Origin: Hemiscyllium ocellatum
Lineage: Eukaryota
Length of the DNA stretch: 64,000 bases
Reading direction: 5' to 3'
Assembly (NCBI RefSeq): GCF_020745735.1
Contig: NW_026867603.1
Span: forward strand, 1,984,001-2,048,000
Shown: piece by piece, positions 1-13,570 of the stretch
Position numbering within the stretch: the stretch's first letter is position 1
How the letters are laid out: every line of letters starts with the position of its first letter
The notes under the pieces: model-generated
What the model was told of the DNA's origin: nothing
Seen by the model: only the letters and a program-made list of their open reading frames with translations
Database searches by the model: none
Position numbers and translations under genes: made by a program

Positions 1-3000
1 TGCGCCAGTGTGTCTCAGAGAGTGACAGAGCGTGTCGCAGTATGCCGCAGTGATGCCTAGGAGAGTGTCAGAAAGTGCCCGAGAGCCTCAGAGAGTGTCA
101 GTCAGTGCCAGGGAGAGCCAGAGAGTATCACAGCGTGTCTCGGAGAGTGTTCGAGAGTGTCACATTGTGTCAGAGAGTGTCACCTCGTGCCTCAGAGAAT
201 GTCAGAGACGGTCAAAGAGTGTCACAGTGTGTTTCAGAGAGAGTCAGAGACTGTCACAGTATGTCAGAGAGTGGCAGCACAGTATGTCTCAGAGAGTGTG
301 ACAATATGTCTCAGAGACTGTCGGAGGGTGGCACAGTGTGTCTCAGAGAATGCCAGAGAGTGTCAGGGAGTTTCACAGTGTGCCTGGGAGAGTGATAGTG
401 TGTCTCAGAGAGTGTCAGAGAGAGTCATGGAGTGCCACAGTGTGTCTCAGAGAGGGTCACAGTATGTCGGACTGCCACAGTGTGTCTCAGAGAGTGCGCC
501 AGTGTGTCTCTCAGAGTGTGCCACAGTGTATCTGAGAGAGTGGCAGAGAGTGTCACAGTGTGCCTCAGTGTGTTTAAGAGACTGTCAGAAAGTTCTGAGA
601 GTCTCAGAGGGTGTCGGTTAGTATCAGAGAGACTCCGAGGGTATCACAATGTGTCAGAGAGTGTCACAGTGTGTCTCAGAGAGTGTCACCGCGTACCTCA
701 GAGAATGTCAGAGACAGTCATAGAGTGTCAAAGTGTTTTTCGGAGAGAGTCAGAGACTGTGATAGTGGGGTCAGAAAGTGGCATCACAGCATGTCTCAGA
801 GAATATGACAGTGTGTTTCAGAGTGTCGGAGAGTGTCACAGTATTTCTCAGAGAGAGTCAGAGAGAGTCGGGAAGTGTCACAGCATGTCTGGAAGAGTCA
901 TACTGTGTGTCAGAGAGTTAGAGAGTGTCACAGTGTGTCTCTGAGGGTGTTAGACAGAGTCGGCGAGTGCCACAGTGTGACTCAGAGTGTTTAAGATTAT
1001 CTCTGAGCGTTTCAGAGAGTGTCACAGTGTGTCTCAGAGAGTGTCACTGTATGTCGTTGTATCACAGTGTGTCATAGACCGTCACAGTGTTTCTCAGAGA
1101 GGGTCAGCGAGAGTCAGAGAGGGCCACTGTGTGTCTCAGAAGGAGACAGAGAGTGTCACAGCGAGTCTCGGAGAGTGTCAGAGTGCATCACAGTGTGTCT
1201 CAGAGAGTGTCACAGTGAGTTTTGGAGAGTGTCATAGATTTTCACAGTGCTTCTCAGAGCGTGTCTCAATGTGTCAGATAATGTCACAGTGTGTATCAGG
1301 GAGTGTCAGCGAAAGTCAGAGAGTGCCACATTGTCTCTCAGAGACAGAGAGCGTCACAGTGAGTCTCAGAGAGAATCAGAGAGGGTCACAGTGTGTCCGA
1401 GAGTGTCACAGTGTGTATCGGAGAGTGTCACAGTGAGATTCGGAGAGTGTCAGAGATTGTCACAGCGTGTCTCAGAGAGTGTCTCAGTGTGTCTAGGAGA
1501 GTGTCAGAGAGTGTCACAGAGCATCTCATGATGACAGTGGGATTCACAGTGTGTCACAGATAGTCACATTGAGTCTCAGAGAATATGATAGAGATTCAGA
1601 CAGTATCACAGTGTGTCTCAGAAAGTGTTAGTGAGAGTCAGAGAGTGTCACAGTGCAATAGAGAGTGGCACAGTATGTCTCAGAGAGTGTCAGTGAGTGT
1701 CAGAGAGTATGAGAGAGAAACAGACAGTGTCACAGTGCGTCTCAGAGCGTGTCAGAGAGTGTCACCGTCTGTTTGAGAAAATGTGACAGTGAGTTTCGGA
1801 TAGTGTCAGAGATTGTCGCAGTGTGTCTCAGAGAGAGTCTCGGTGTGTCAGAGATTGTCACTGCGTGTCTAGGAGATGATCAGAAAGTGTCACAGTGTCT
1901 CAGAGAGTGTTGGTTAGTGTCAGAGATAGTCAGAGAACATCACCGATTGTCACAGAGTTTCACAGTGTCTCAGAGAGTGTCAGAGAGAATCAGAGAGTAT
2001 CACAGTGTGTTTCAGACAGTGTCAGAGAGAACCACAGCATGTCTCACAGAGTGTCACATTGTGGCACAGTTTGTCTCAGGGAGTGTCACAGTGACTCAGG
2101 GAGTGTTCATCAGACTCAGAGGAACTCCGAGAGGGTCACACTGTGTCAGAGTGTGTCACAATTTGTCAGAGTCTCACTCTATGTCAGAGAGTGTTACAGT
2201 CCGTCAGAGAGTGTCACAGTATGTCTCAGAGGTTGTCAGATAATGTCGTAGTTTGTCTCCGAGAGTGTCACAGTGTCTCAGAGAGTGTCCGTCAGTGTCA
2301 GAGAGAGTCAGAGAGTGGCACAGGACATCTCAGAGTGTGCCACACTGCGTCTCAGAGAGTGTCAGAGAAATTCAGAGAGTGTCACAGAGAATCAGAGAGT
2401 ATCACAGTGTCTCAGAGTGTGTCAGTGTGTAACAGTGTCAGAGAGTGTCAGAGAGTCACAGCATGTCTCAGAGAGTGCAACGTTGTGGCACAGTGTGTCT
2501 CAGAGAGTGTCACAGTGCCTCAGGGAGTATCAGTCAGAATCAGAGAGGGTCAGAGAGTGCCACACTATGCCTCAGAGACTGTCAGATAGCATTACAATGT
2601 GTCAGAGAGTGTCACAATGCGTTTCAAAGAGTGTCAGAGAGTGTCACAGTGTGTCAGAAATTGTCACAGTGTGCCTCACAGAGTGTCACAGTGTGTCAGA
2701 GTGTGTCACAGTGTACCTCAGAGATTGTGAGAGAGAGTGTGTCTGAGAGTGTCACATTGTGGCACTGTCTGCAGGGAGTGTCACAGTGAGTTAGGGAGTG
2801 GCAGTTAGACTCAGCGGGAGTATGAAAGGGTCATACTGTGTCACAGAGAGTCACACCGTTTCTTAGTCTCACTCTATGTCAGAGAGTGCTACAGTTCGTC
2901 AGAGAGTGTCAAGGTATGTCTCAGAGTATGCCAGGGAGTTTCATAGTTTGTCTCAAAGAGTGTAACAATATCTCAGAGAGTGTCAGTTAGTATCACAGAG

Positions 3001-6000
3001 AGTCAGAGAGTGGCACAGGATATCTCAGAGTGTGCTACAGTGTGTCTCAGAATGTGTCAGCGAGAGTCAGAGTTTCACAGTATGTCTCATAGTTCTAGAG
3101 GGTGTCGCAGTGTGCCTCAGGGAGTGTCAGAGAAAGTCAGACTGTATCACAGTGTGACTCACAGAGTGTTAGTGAGAGTCATAGAGTGTCACAGTGTCTG
3201 AGTCACTGAGAGTGTCAGAGTCTGTCAGAGTGTGTCTCAGAGAGTCTCACCACATGTCTCAGAGAGTGACAAAGAGAGTCAGAGAGTGTCACAGTGTGTT
3301 TCAGATAGAGTCAGAAACAGTCACAGGGTGTCAGAGGGTGGCACGGTATGTCTCAGAGAGCGTCAGAGAGTCTCACCGTGCGCCCATAGTGTATCACAGT
3401 GTATCACAGACAGAGACAGAATGTGTCACAGTGTGTCTCAGAGAGTGTTAGAGAGTGTCACCGTGTGTTTGAGAGAGATTCACAGTGTATCAGAGAGTAT
3501 CACAGTAGTTTCAGAGTATATCACAGTGTCAGAGGGTGTCACAATGCTTCTCCGAGAGTAACACAGTGAATTAGAGAGTGTCATATTCCGTCTCAGAGAT
3601 TGTTAAAGTGTGTCAGAGTGTGTCTCAGTGTCAGAGCGCGTCATAGTGTGTCGCAATGTGTCACAGACTGTCAGAGAGTGTTACAATGTGTCTCAGAGTG
3701 TGTACGAGAGTGGAGAGTGTCACAGTGTTTCACGGAGTTTCTCAGAGTGTATCACAGTGTGTCTCAAAGGGAGACAGAGGGCGTCACAGTGTGTCTCAGA
3801 GAGTGTCAGACAGGGTCACAGTGTTCTAGATAGTAAAGTCAGTGTCAGGGAGTGTCACAGTGTGTCAGGGAGTGCACAATATGTCTCATAGTGAATCAGA
3901 GAGAGTCACAGTATGTCTCAGAGAGTCAGAGTGTCTCAGTGTGCCTCAGTCTGTCTGTCAGTGATTGTTACAGTGTCTCAGAGAGTATCAGAGTCTGTCA
4001 AAGTGTGTCAGAGAGTGTCAACATATGTCTCAGCCAGTGCCAGAGACAGTCAGAGAGTATCCCAGTGTGTCAGAGAGAGTCAGAGAGTGTCAGGAAGTGT
4101 CACAATGTGTCAGGGAGACTCATAGTGTGGCTCAGAGAGTGTCAGAGAGAGTTAGAGAGTGCCGCAGTGTGTCTCAGAGAGTGCCATAGTGAGTCTCAGA
4201 GAGTGTCTCCGAGCGTGTCAGAGAGTGCCACAGTGTGTCTCAGAGATTGTCACAGTATGTCGGAGCGCCACAGTGTGTCTCAGAGAGTGTCACAGTGTGT
4301 CTCAGTGAGTGCTACAGTGTGTCTCCAAATGTCAGGGAGTGTCACAGTGTGCCTCAGTGTATCTAGGAGAGTGTCAGAAAGTTTCCCGGTGTCTCAGAGA
4401 GCGCCAGTCAGTGTGAGGGAGAGTGAGAGAGTCAGAGAGTTAAAGTGTGTCTCAGAGAGTACCGAAGATTGTCAGAGATTGTCATAGAGTGTCGCAAGCG
4501 TGTCAGAGTGTCACAGTCTGTTTTGGAAAGTGTCGGACAGGACCAGAGAGAGACCAGTGTGTCTCAGAGAGTGTCACATTGTCTCAGACAGTGTCAGAGA
4601 GTGCCACACTGTGTCTCAGAGACTTTCAGAGAGTATCATAGTGTGTTAGAGCGTGACACGCGTGCCAGAGATTGTCACAATGCGTCAAACAGTGTCACAG
4701 TGTGCCTTAGAGACTGTCAGAGAAAGTGATAGCGTGTGTCAGAGAGTGTTACATTGTTGCACAGTGCGTCTTAAACAGTGTCACAGTGCCTCAGGGAGTG
4801 TCAGTCAGACTCAGAGAGACTCCGAGAATGTCACACTCTGTCAGAGAATGTCACACCATGTCAGAGTCTCACATTATGTCAGAAGGTCACAGTAGTGTCA
4901 GAGAGTGTCAGTCAGTGTCAGAGAGAGTCAGAGGGTGGCATATACCAGAGTGTGATACAATGTGTCTCAGAGAGTGTCAGATTGTGTCACAGTGTGTCTC
5001 ATAGTGTCAGAGGGTGTCACAGTGTGTCTCAGGGAGTGTCAGAGAGAGTCAGAAGTATCACGGTGTGTCTCAGAGAGTGCTAGTGAGAGTCAGAAAGAGT
5101 CTCAGTGTCTCAGAGAGTATAAAATCTGTCAGATTGTGTCTGAGAGAGTTTCACCATATGTCTCAGAGAGTGACAAAGAGAGTCGGAGATGTCACAGTGT
5201 ATTTCAGAGAGAGTCAGAGACTGTCACAGTGTGTCAGTGGGTGGCACAGTATGTCTCAGAGAGTATCAGAGAGCGTGACAGTGCATTTCATTGCATCAGA
5301 GGGTGCCACAGTGTGTCACAGATAGAGGCAGGGTGTGTCGCAGTGTATCTCAGAAAGTATCAGAGAGTTTCACAGTGTGTTTTGGAGAGTATCATAGTGT
5401 GACTCAGAGAGTAGCAGAGAGCGTCACAGTGTGTCTCGGAGAGTGTTAGAGAGAGTCCGAGAGTGTGTCTCAAAGTGTCAGAGTGTCTCCGAGCGTTTCA
5501 GAGATTGACACAGTGTGTCTCAGAGCGTGTCACTGTCTCAGAGAGTGTCAGTCAATGTCAGAAAGGGTCAGAGAGTGACATATCTACAGGGTGTCACACA
5601 GCTTGTCTCAGAGAGTGTCAGAGTGTGACACAGTGTGTCTCATCGTGCCCAAGCGTGTCACAGTGTGTTTCAAAGAGTGTCAAAGAGTGTCCCAGTATGT
5701 CAGAAATTGTCACAGTGTGTCTCACAGTGTGTCACAGTGTGTCAGAGTGTGTCACAGTGTACCTCAGAAACTGTCAGAGAGAGTCATAGCGTGTGTCAGA
5801 GAGTGTCACATTGTAGCACAGTGTGTCTCAGAGAGTGTCACAGTGGCTTAAGGAGTGTCAGTTAGACGAGGAGAGTCAGAAAGGGTTACACCGTCTCAGA
5901 GTCTCACTTTATGTCAGAAATTCTTACAGCATCAGAGAGTGTCACAGCATGTCTCAGAGAATGTCAGACAGCCTCACCATGCGTCTCCCAGTGTGTCACA

Positions 6001-6276
6001 GATAGAGGTTTTGTGTGTCATTGTGTGTCCCAGAGAGTGTTAGAGATTGTCACTGTGTGTTTGACACAGATTCCCAATGTATCAGAGTGTATCAGCAGTT
6101 TCGGAATATAACACAGTGTCAGAAGGAATCACAACGTGTCTCCGAGGGTGACAAAGTGAATTAGAGGGTGTCACAGTCCGTCTCAGAGAATGTCAGAGTG
6201 TGTCAGAGTGAGTCTCAGTGTCAGAGCGCGTCATAGTGTGTCAGAAATTTTCCCATTATCTCAGAGAGTGACAGTC

Positions 6277-6316
<40 letters not shown>

Positions 6317-9300
6317 TCAGAGTGAGACAGTGTGTCTCTGAGAGTGTCGGAGAGTGTCAGAGAGTGTCACAGTGAGTCCTAAATTTTCAGAGAGAGTCCT
6401 GGAGTGTCACAGTGTGTCTCAAATAGTGTTACAGTTAGTTTCGGAGAGTGTCAGAGATTTTCACAGTGTGTCTCAGAGAGAATCTCACTGAGTCAGAGAG
6501 TATCAGAGTGTGGCAGAGAGTGCCAAAGTGTTCCTCGGAGAGTATCAGAAAGAATCACAGCGTGTCACAGTGCCTCAGAGTGTGTCAGAGTATCAAAGTG
6601 TGTTTCTGAAAGTATCAGAGAGGGTCAGTATGTCAGAGAGTGCCACAGTGTTTCTCGGAGAGTGTCAGAAAGAATCACAGCATGTCACAGTGTCTCAGAG
6701 AGTGTCAGAGTGTCACAGTGTGTTTCGGACAGTATCAGAGACAGTCACAGTATGTATCAGAGAGTGTTACACTGCTTCAGGGAGCATCAGTCAGAATCAC
6801 AGAGAGTCAAAGAGTGTCACACTGTTTCAGAAAGTGTCAGAGAGAGTGAGTGTGCGTCTCTAAGAGAGGCAGAGAGTGTCACAGTGTGTCTCAAAGAGTG
6901 TCGGATAGTGTCACAGTGTGTCTCAGAGATGTCAGAGAGTATCACAGTGTTTCAGAGAGTGTCACAGTGTGTCAGAGATTGTCACAGTGTGTCAAACAGT
7001 GTCAAGTGTGCCTCAGAGATTGTCAGCGAGAGCCACAGCGTGTGTCAGAGAGTGTTACATTGTTGCACAGTGCGTCTTAGACAGTGTCACAGTGCCTCAG
7101 GGAGTGTCAGTCAGACTCAGAGAGAGTTCGAGAGTGTCACACTCTGTCAGAGAATGTCACACCGTATCAGAGTCTCACTCTATGTCACAGAGTGCTACAG
7201 TTCGTCGGAGAGTGTCACAGTACGTCTCAGAGAGTGTCAGTCAGTGTCAGAGAGAATCAGAGAGTGACATATCTCACAGTGTGGCACAGTGTGTCTCAGA
7301 GAGTGTCAGTGTTTCACAGTGTGTCTCATAGTGCCAGAGCGCGTCAGAGAGTGGCAGAGAGCATCAGAGAGTATCACGTTGTGTCTCAGAGAATGTTAGT
7401 GAGAGTCAGAACGTGTCACAGTGTCTCAGAGAGTGTCAGACTCTGTCACAGTGTGTCTGAGAGAGTTTCATCATATGTCTCAGAGATGTCTCGGAGAGCG
7501 GCACAGGGAAAGAGAGAGTGACAGCGACTCTTGGAGAATGAGGGAGAGTGCCAGAGATGTCACAGTGTGTCAGAGAGAGTTAGAGAGTGTCACAGTGCGT
7601 CTCAGAGATTGTTAGGGAGAGTCCGAGAGTGCCACAGTGTGACTCATAGTGTCAGGGGGTGTCTCCGAGCGTTTCAGAGAGTGTCACCAGTGTGTCTCAG
7701 AGAGATTCACTGTATGTCGGAGTGTCACAGTGTGTCAGAGACTGTCACAGTGTTTCTCAGAGAGAGTCAGAGCATGCCGCAGTGTTTCTCAGAGAGAGAC
7801 AGCGAGTGCCACAGTAAGTCTTGGAGCGTGTCAGAGAGTATCACAGTATGTATCAGAGAGTGTTAAGCGAGTTTCGGAGAGTGTCAGAGATTGTCACAGT
7901 GTTTCTCAGAGAGTGTCAGCGAGAGTCAGAGAGTGCCACAGCGTGTCTCAGAGAGAGACAGAGAATGTCACAGTGTGTCTCAGAGAGTATCGGAGAGTAT
8001 CACAGTGTGTCCGAGAGTGTCACTGTGTGTCTCAGAGTGTGTCACAGTGAGTTTCGGAGACTGTCAGATAATGTCACAGTGTTTCTCAGAGAGTGTCTCA
8101 GTGTGTCAGAGAGTGTCACAGTGTCTCAGAGAATGTCAGAGTCTGTCACAGTGTGTCTCAGAGAGTTCCACCATTTGTCTCACAGGGTGACAAAGAGAGT
8201 CAGAGAGAGTCAAGTGTGTTTCAGATAGAGTCAGAGACTGTCACAGAGTGCCAGTGAGTGGCACTGTATGTCTCATAGAGCGTCAGAGAGTGTCACACTG
8301 CGTCTCATAGTGTCAGAGAGTGTCACCATGTATTTGAGAGAGCTCCTCAGTTTCTCAGAGAGTATCACAGTGTGTTTCAGAGAGTATAACAGTGTGTCTC
8401 AGAGAGTGTCAGAGAAAGTCTGAGAGATTCACAGTGTGTCAGAGTGTCACAGTGTTTCGGAGAGTGACAGAAAGAGGCAGAGTGTGACAGTGTGTCTCAG
8501 AGAGTGTGGGAGATTGTCAGAGAGTGTCACCACTGTGTGTCAGAGAGCGTCAGGGAGTATTAGAGTGTGTCTCAGAGATTGTTCGAGAGAGTCTGACATT
8601 GCCCCAGTGTCAGTCAAAGTGTCAGAAACTGTCTCCGAGCTTTTCGGGGATTGTCACAGTGTTTCTCAGATCGTGTCACTGTGTCTTAGAGAGTGTCAGT
8701 CAGTGTCAGAGAGAGTCAGAGATTGGAATATCTCAGAGTGTGACACAGCTTGTCTCAGAGAGTGTCAGAGTATGACATAGTGTGACTCATAGTGCCAGAG
8801 GGTGTCACAGTGTGTCTCAGAGAGAGTCAGAGAGAGTCAGACAGTATCATGGTCTCTCTCAGGAGTGTTAGTTGGAATCAGAGAGTGTTACAGTGTCTCA
8901 GGGAGTGTCAGAGTCTGTCGCAGTTTGTCTCAGAGAGTTTTACCATATGTCTCATAGAGTGACAAAGAGTCAGAGAGTGTCACAATGTGATTCTGAGGGA
9001 TTCGGAGACTGTCACAGTGTGTCAGTGAGTGGCACAGTATGTCTCAGAGAGAGACAGCGAGTGTCACAGTGCATCTCATAGTGTCAGAGAGTGCCACAGT
9101 GTGTCACAGATAGTGGCAGGGTGTCTCACAGTGTATCTCAGAAGGTGTCAGAGAGTATCACAGTGTGTTTCAGAGAGTATCATAGTGTGACTCAGAGAGT
9201 GTCAGAGAAAGTCAGAGAGTGTCACAGTGTGTTTCAGAGAGACTCACAGAGTGTCACAGTATGTCTCAGAGAGAATCAGAGAGTGTCACAGTTTCTCGGC

Positions 9301-11864
9301 GAGTGACAGAGATAAACAGAGTGTGACAGTGTGTCTCAGAGAGTGTGGGAGAGTGTCGGAGAGTGTCACAGTGTGTCTCAGAGAGTGTTAGAGAGAGTCC
9401 AAGAGTGCCACAGTGTGTATCAAAGTGTCACAGAGTGTCTCCGAGCGTTTTGGAGATTGACACAGTGTGTCTCAGAGCGAGCCACTGGCTAAGAGAGTGT
9501 CAGAGAGGGTCAGAGAGTGGCATATATCAGAGTGTGACACAACATGTCTCAGAGAGTGTCAGAGTGTGACAGTGCGTCTCATAGTGCCCAAGTGTGTCAC
9601 AGTGTGTTTCAACGAGTGTCAAAGAGTGTCCCAGTGTGTCAGAAATTGTCACAGTGTGTCTCACAGTGTGTCACAGTGTGTCACAGTGTGTCAATGTGTG
9701 CCTCAGAAACTGTCAGAGATAGTCATAGCGTGTGTCTGAGAATGTCACATTGTAGCACAGTGTGTCTCAGAGAGTGTCACAGTGACTTAGGGAGTGTCAG
9801 TTCGACTAGGAGAGAGTCAGAAAGGTTCACACTGTGTCAGAGTGTGTCACACTGTCTCTGAGTCTCACTTTATGTAAGAAATTCTTACAGTTCGTCAGAG
9901 AGTGTCACAGAATGTCTCAGATTTTGTAAGAGAGTGTCATAGTTTGTCTCAGAGATTGACATTCTGTATCAGAGAGAGGAAGAGAGTGGCACAGGATATC
10001 TCAGAATGTGCTACAGTGTGTCTCAGAAAGTGTCTGCGCGGTTCATAGAGTTTCTCAGTGTGTCTTATCGTGCCAGAGGATGTCACAGTATGTCTCAGGG
10101 AGTGTCAGAGAGAGTCAGACAGTATTACAGTGTGTCTCAGAGAGTGTTAGTGAGAGTCAGAGAGTGTCACAGTGTCTCAGAGAGGGTCAGAGTCTATCAG
10201 AGTGTGTCTCAGAGGGTGACAAAGAGAGTCAGAGAGTGTCACAGTGTGTTTCACGTGGAGTCAGAGACTGTCGCAGTGTGTCAGAGAGTGGAACGGTATG
10301 TCTTAGAAAGTCTCAGAGAGTGTCAGAGAGTGTCACCGTGCGTCTGATAGTATGTCACATTGTGTGAAAGATAGAGGCAGTTTGTGTCACAGTGTGTCTC
10401 AGAGAGTTTTACCATTTGTCTCAGAGGGTGACAAGGAAAGTCAGAGAGTGTCACAGTGTGTTTATGATAGAGCCAGAGACTGTCACAGTGTGTCAGAAAG
10501 GCACGGTATGTCTCAGAGAGTGTCAGAGAGTCTCACCATGCGTCTCCCAGCGTGTCGCAGTGTGTCGCAGGTAGAGGCTTTTTGTGTCATAGTGTGTCCC
10601 AGAGAGTACTAAAGAGAGTCACTGTGTGTTTGAGAGAGATTCACACTGTATCAGTAGTTTCAGAGTGTATCACAGTGTCAGAGGGAATCACAAAGTTCTC
10701 CGAGAGTGACAAAGTGAATTAAAGGGTGTCACAGTCCGTTTCAGAGAGTGTCAGTGTGTGGCAGAGTGAGTCTCAGTGTCACAGCACGTCATAGAGTGTC
10801 ACAATGTGTCACAGTCTGTGTGAGAGTGTCACAGTGTGTCTCAGAGTGTGTACGAGAGTAGAGAGCGTCGCAGTGTTTCACGGAGTTACTCAGAGTGTAT
10901 CACAGAGAGCGTCACAGAGTGTCTCATAGAGTGCCAGATAGGGTCACAGTGTCTTAGAGATAACGTCCGTGTCAGAGAGTAGCACAATATGTCTCAGAGA
11001 GAATCTGAGATAGTCAAAATATGGCTCAGAGAGTAGGAGAGTGTCAACGTGTGCCTCAGTCTGTCAGTGTTTGTCATAGTGTCTCAGAACGTGTCAGAGT
11101 CTGTCACAGTGTGACAGGAAGTGTCAACATATGTGTCAGCGAGTGACAGAGACAGTCAGGGAGCGTCACAGTGTGTCAGGGAGACTCATAGTGTGTCTCA
11201 AAGAGTGTCAGAGAGAGTCAGAGAGTGCCGCAGTGTGTCTCAGTCGTTTCTCTGTCTGTTGAATGCCACAGTGTGTCTCAGAAAGTGTCTCCGAGCGTGT
11301 CAGAGAATGTCACAGCATGTCGCAGAGTGTCACAGCATGTCGGAGTGCCGCAGTGTGTCTCAGAATGCGTCACAGTGTGTCTCAGGGAGTGCTACAGTGT
11401 GTCTCCAAATGTCAGAGAGTGGCACAGTACGCTTCAGTGTGTCAGAAAGTTTCCCAGCGTCTCAGAGTGTGACAGTCAGTGTGTGCGTGAGAGAGAGAGA
11501 GTGTCAGAGTGTGACAGTGTGTCTCAGAGAGTGTCAGAGAGTGTCACAGTGAGTCAGAGAGTTTCAGAAAGAGTCCGAGAGTGTCACAGTGTGTCTCAGA
11601 AAGTGTTGCAGTTAGTTTTGGAGAGTGTCAGAGATTGTCACAGTGTTTCTCAGAGAGAGTCACAGAGAGTCAGAGAGTATCACAGTGTGTCAGAGAGTGC
11701 CACAGTGTTTCTCGGAGAGTGTAAGAAAGAATCACAGCGTGTCACAGTGTCTCATAATGTGTCAAAGTGTCACAGTGTGATTCAGACAGTATCAGAGAGA
11801 GTCACAGTGTGTCTCAGACAGTGTCACAGTGCTTCAGGGAGTATCAGTCAGAATCACAGAGAGT
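1..11864. repeat. Degenerate satellite array of TGTC/ACAG/TCTC/AGAG words (runs off the left edge of the window)
   Basis: Continuous variants of gtgtcacagtgtgtctcagagagtgtcagagag from base 1 to an abrupt end at ...gaatcacagagagt|acatatacg (~11864). Contains internal kb-scale duplicated blocks. Confidence 0.97.
6279..6316. repeat. (TG)12(AG)7 compound microsatellite inside the satellite
   Basis: Read directly; homologous but shorter tracts near 4405 and 11478. Confidence 0.9.
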
Positions 11865-13473
11865 ACATATACGTTTGTGGGTTGAATTTATTTTTGCCGA
11901 GTTGTATTTCATTTTGCTCAAAAATGCAAGAATCTGTGTGAAACTCTGTACACAGATATTTTACCGAGTTTCACCCAGATGCAGAGGGCTTGTCAGTCTG
12001 ACTAAACATTAGGACACGGACAGACTTCACACCTACTGTTAGAAAAGCTGAATTATCTTGAGAATGTACTTTAAGCAATGTTCTGGTATATACATATCTA
12101 AGAACAAAAATCGGCATATCCCATTATAAAAGAGAAAATATTTCATCTAAAATTGTTTCATGTATCACATCTCCATGAAACTGCACTTCTTTGCATATAA
12201 ATTCTGTGCTCATGATCTTATTCTCCACAACTCCACAACAGCGCTCCAAATGCTAATGCTTCCAAATGTACCTGTTGGGCTATAGCCTGGTGTCGTGTGA
12301 TTTTAAACTTAACCAAGGAGACGTCAGAGAGACATCAGCACGGTGCTGCTTTTTTGAGTCCAGCAGCTTTTACCACTGCTAAAAAAACAAACCAAACCAA
12401 GAAAGCTGAGCTGAGAGAACTCAACAATCTCCTTTCATTGTACAAGTGTTTTATTTTCAAAAACGTGAAAGCTTGTTGCCTGAGCCAATATGTTTGCTAT
12501 AATCAAACTGGTCCTGTAACCGTTCAACTCAGTCTTTTCGGAGACTGTGCCTTTTATGACCTCTCCGAAACAAAAAAAAGACAAACGGGGCAGCTTCATC
12601 ACACCCCTCAAAACGAAATTTCTAACCAAGCTTTTGGTTACCTCCCCTAGTAACAGTTCCATGACGATTGTAGTCAATGTTTAAATTTTGAAATAACTGG
12701 ATGTATTGTGAAATGTTTCCGCCATGTCAAAGATCTATACAATGAAAGTTGTTCCTGCATTATATCGACTTTTTAAAACTTGTGCTCTTTTAATGCATCA
12801 GGAGATGAGCTTCCTCTCGGTCTCGCTGTCAAAACCTCCAACATCCGAATACTTAAGTCGGGGACCTTAGGAAAAAAAACATTTAGAACATGCAATAACT
12901 GCTTTCATGAACTTATGTTTTCTTTGCATACATATTACTTGCAATATACAACATATGTGCTCGTACTGAAAGTTTGTTAGACGTCCTCCTGGGCAACTCA
13001 GCATAAATGGGAGCATTTCCTTTGTTTAATGGTGATGGCAGAGAAAGTGTTTCAATCGAGTTTTTTTTTGTCATTAATCGTTCTGGCAATGAATCACTGA
13101 AGCTAGCTGTCTGGGAACATCTCCAAGATCATAATTTGTGAAGAGCGAACCCCCATCCACCCCTCATAAATGGACTGTAATGCTGTCGTCATTGGAGACG
13201 TTAATTTAGCTGCTTGACTGCCCCCCACACCATACATAGAACTCTGCAGATCTGGGCTTTATTTTTCATCCAATTTCATCAGAAAAGCTCCAATTATTCT
13301 CTTTTTTAAAGTATTCAGGAAAGCTATATCCTACACACCGAAGCAATGTTAACGGCCCAACCTCTTGCCTATAAGGTCCAGGTTCAAATTTATCTTCTGC
13401 AGTGTCAAAATATGTCTCAATAACGTTCATTAAAAGTAATTACACTTGAATTCCTTCGTAAAGACAGATTTTG

Positions 13474-13570
13474 CAGGGCCTTGTGGTGTAATGGTAGTGT
13501 CCCTACCTTTGAGCCAGAGGTACAAATCTCACCTGCTGCACAGAGTTTCATAACACATCTGAACATGTTA
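13474..13570 (+). mobile_element. Old tRNA-derived SINE fragment
   Basis: tRNA-like head gtggtgtaatggtagtgtccctacc...gagccagagg; a related copy lies at ~40575-40685. Confidence 0.55.

Noticed and set aside
1-11864. CRISPR-like repeat-spacer array
   Set aside because: No constant repeat with unique spacers, no cas genes, and the context is vertebrate.
32-12012. Dozens of 60-290 aa ORFs rich in S/V/C/R/E/Q
   Set aside because: They overlap in all plus-strand frames and result from the stop-poor satellite; no domain or splice structure.
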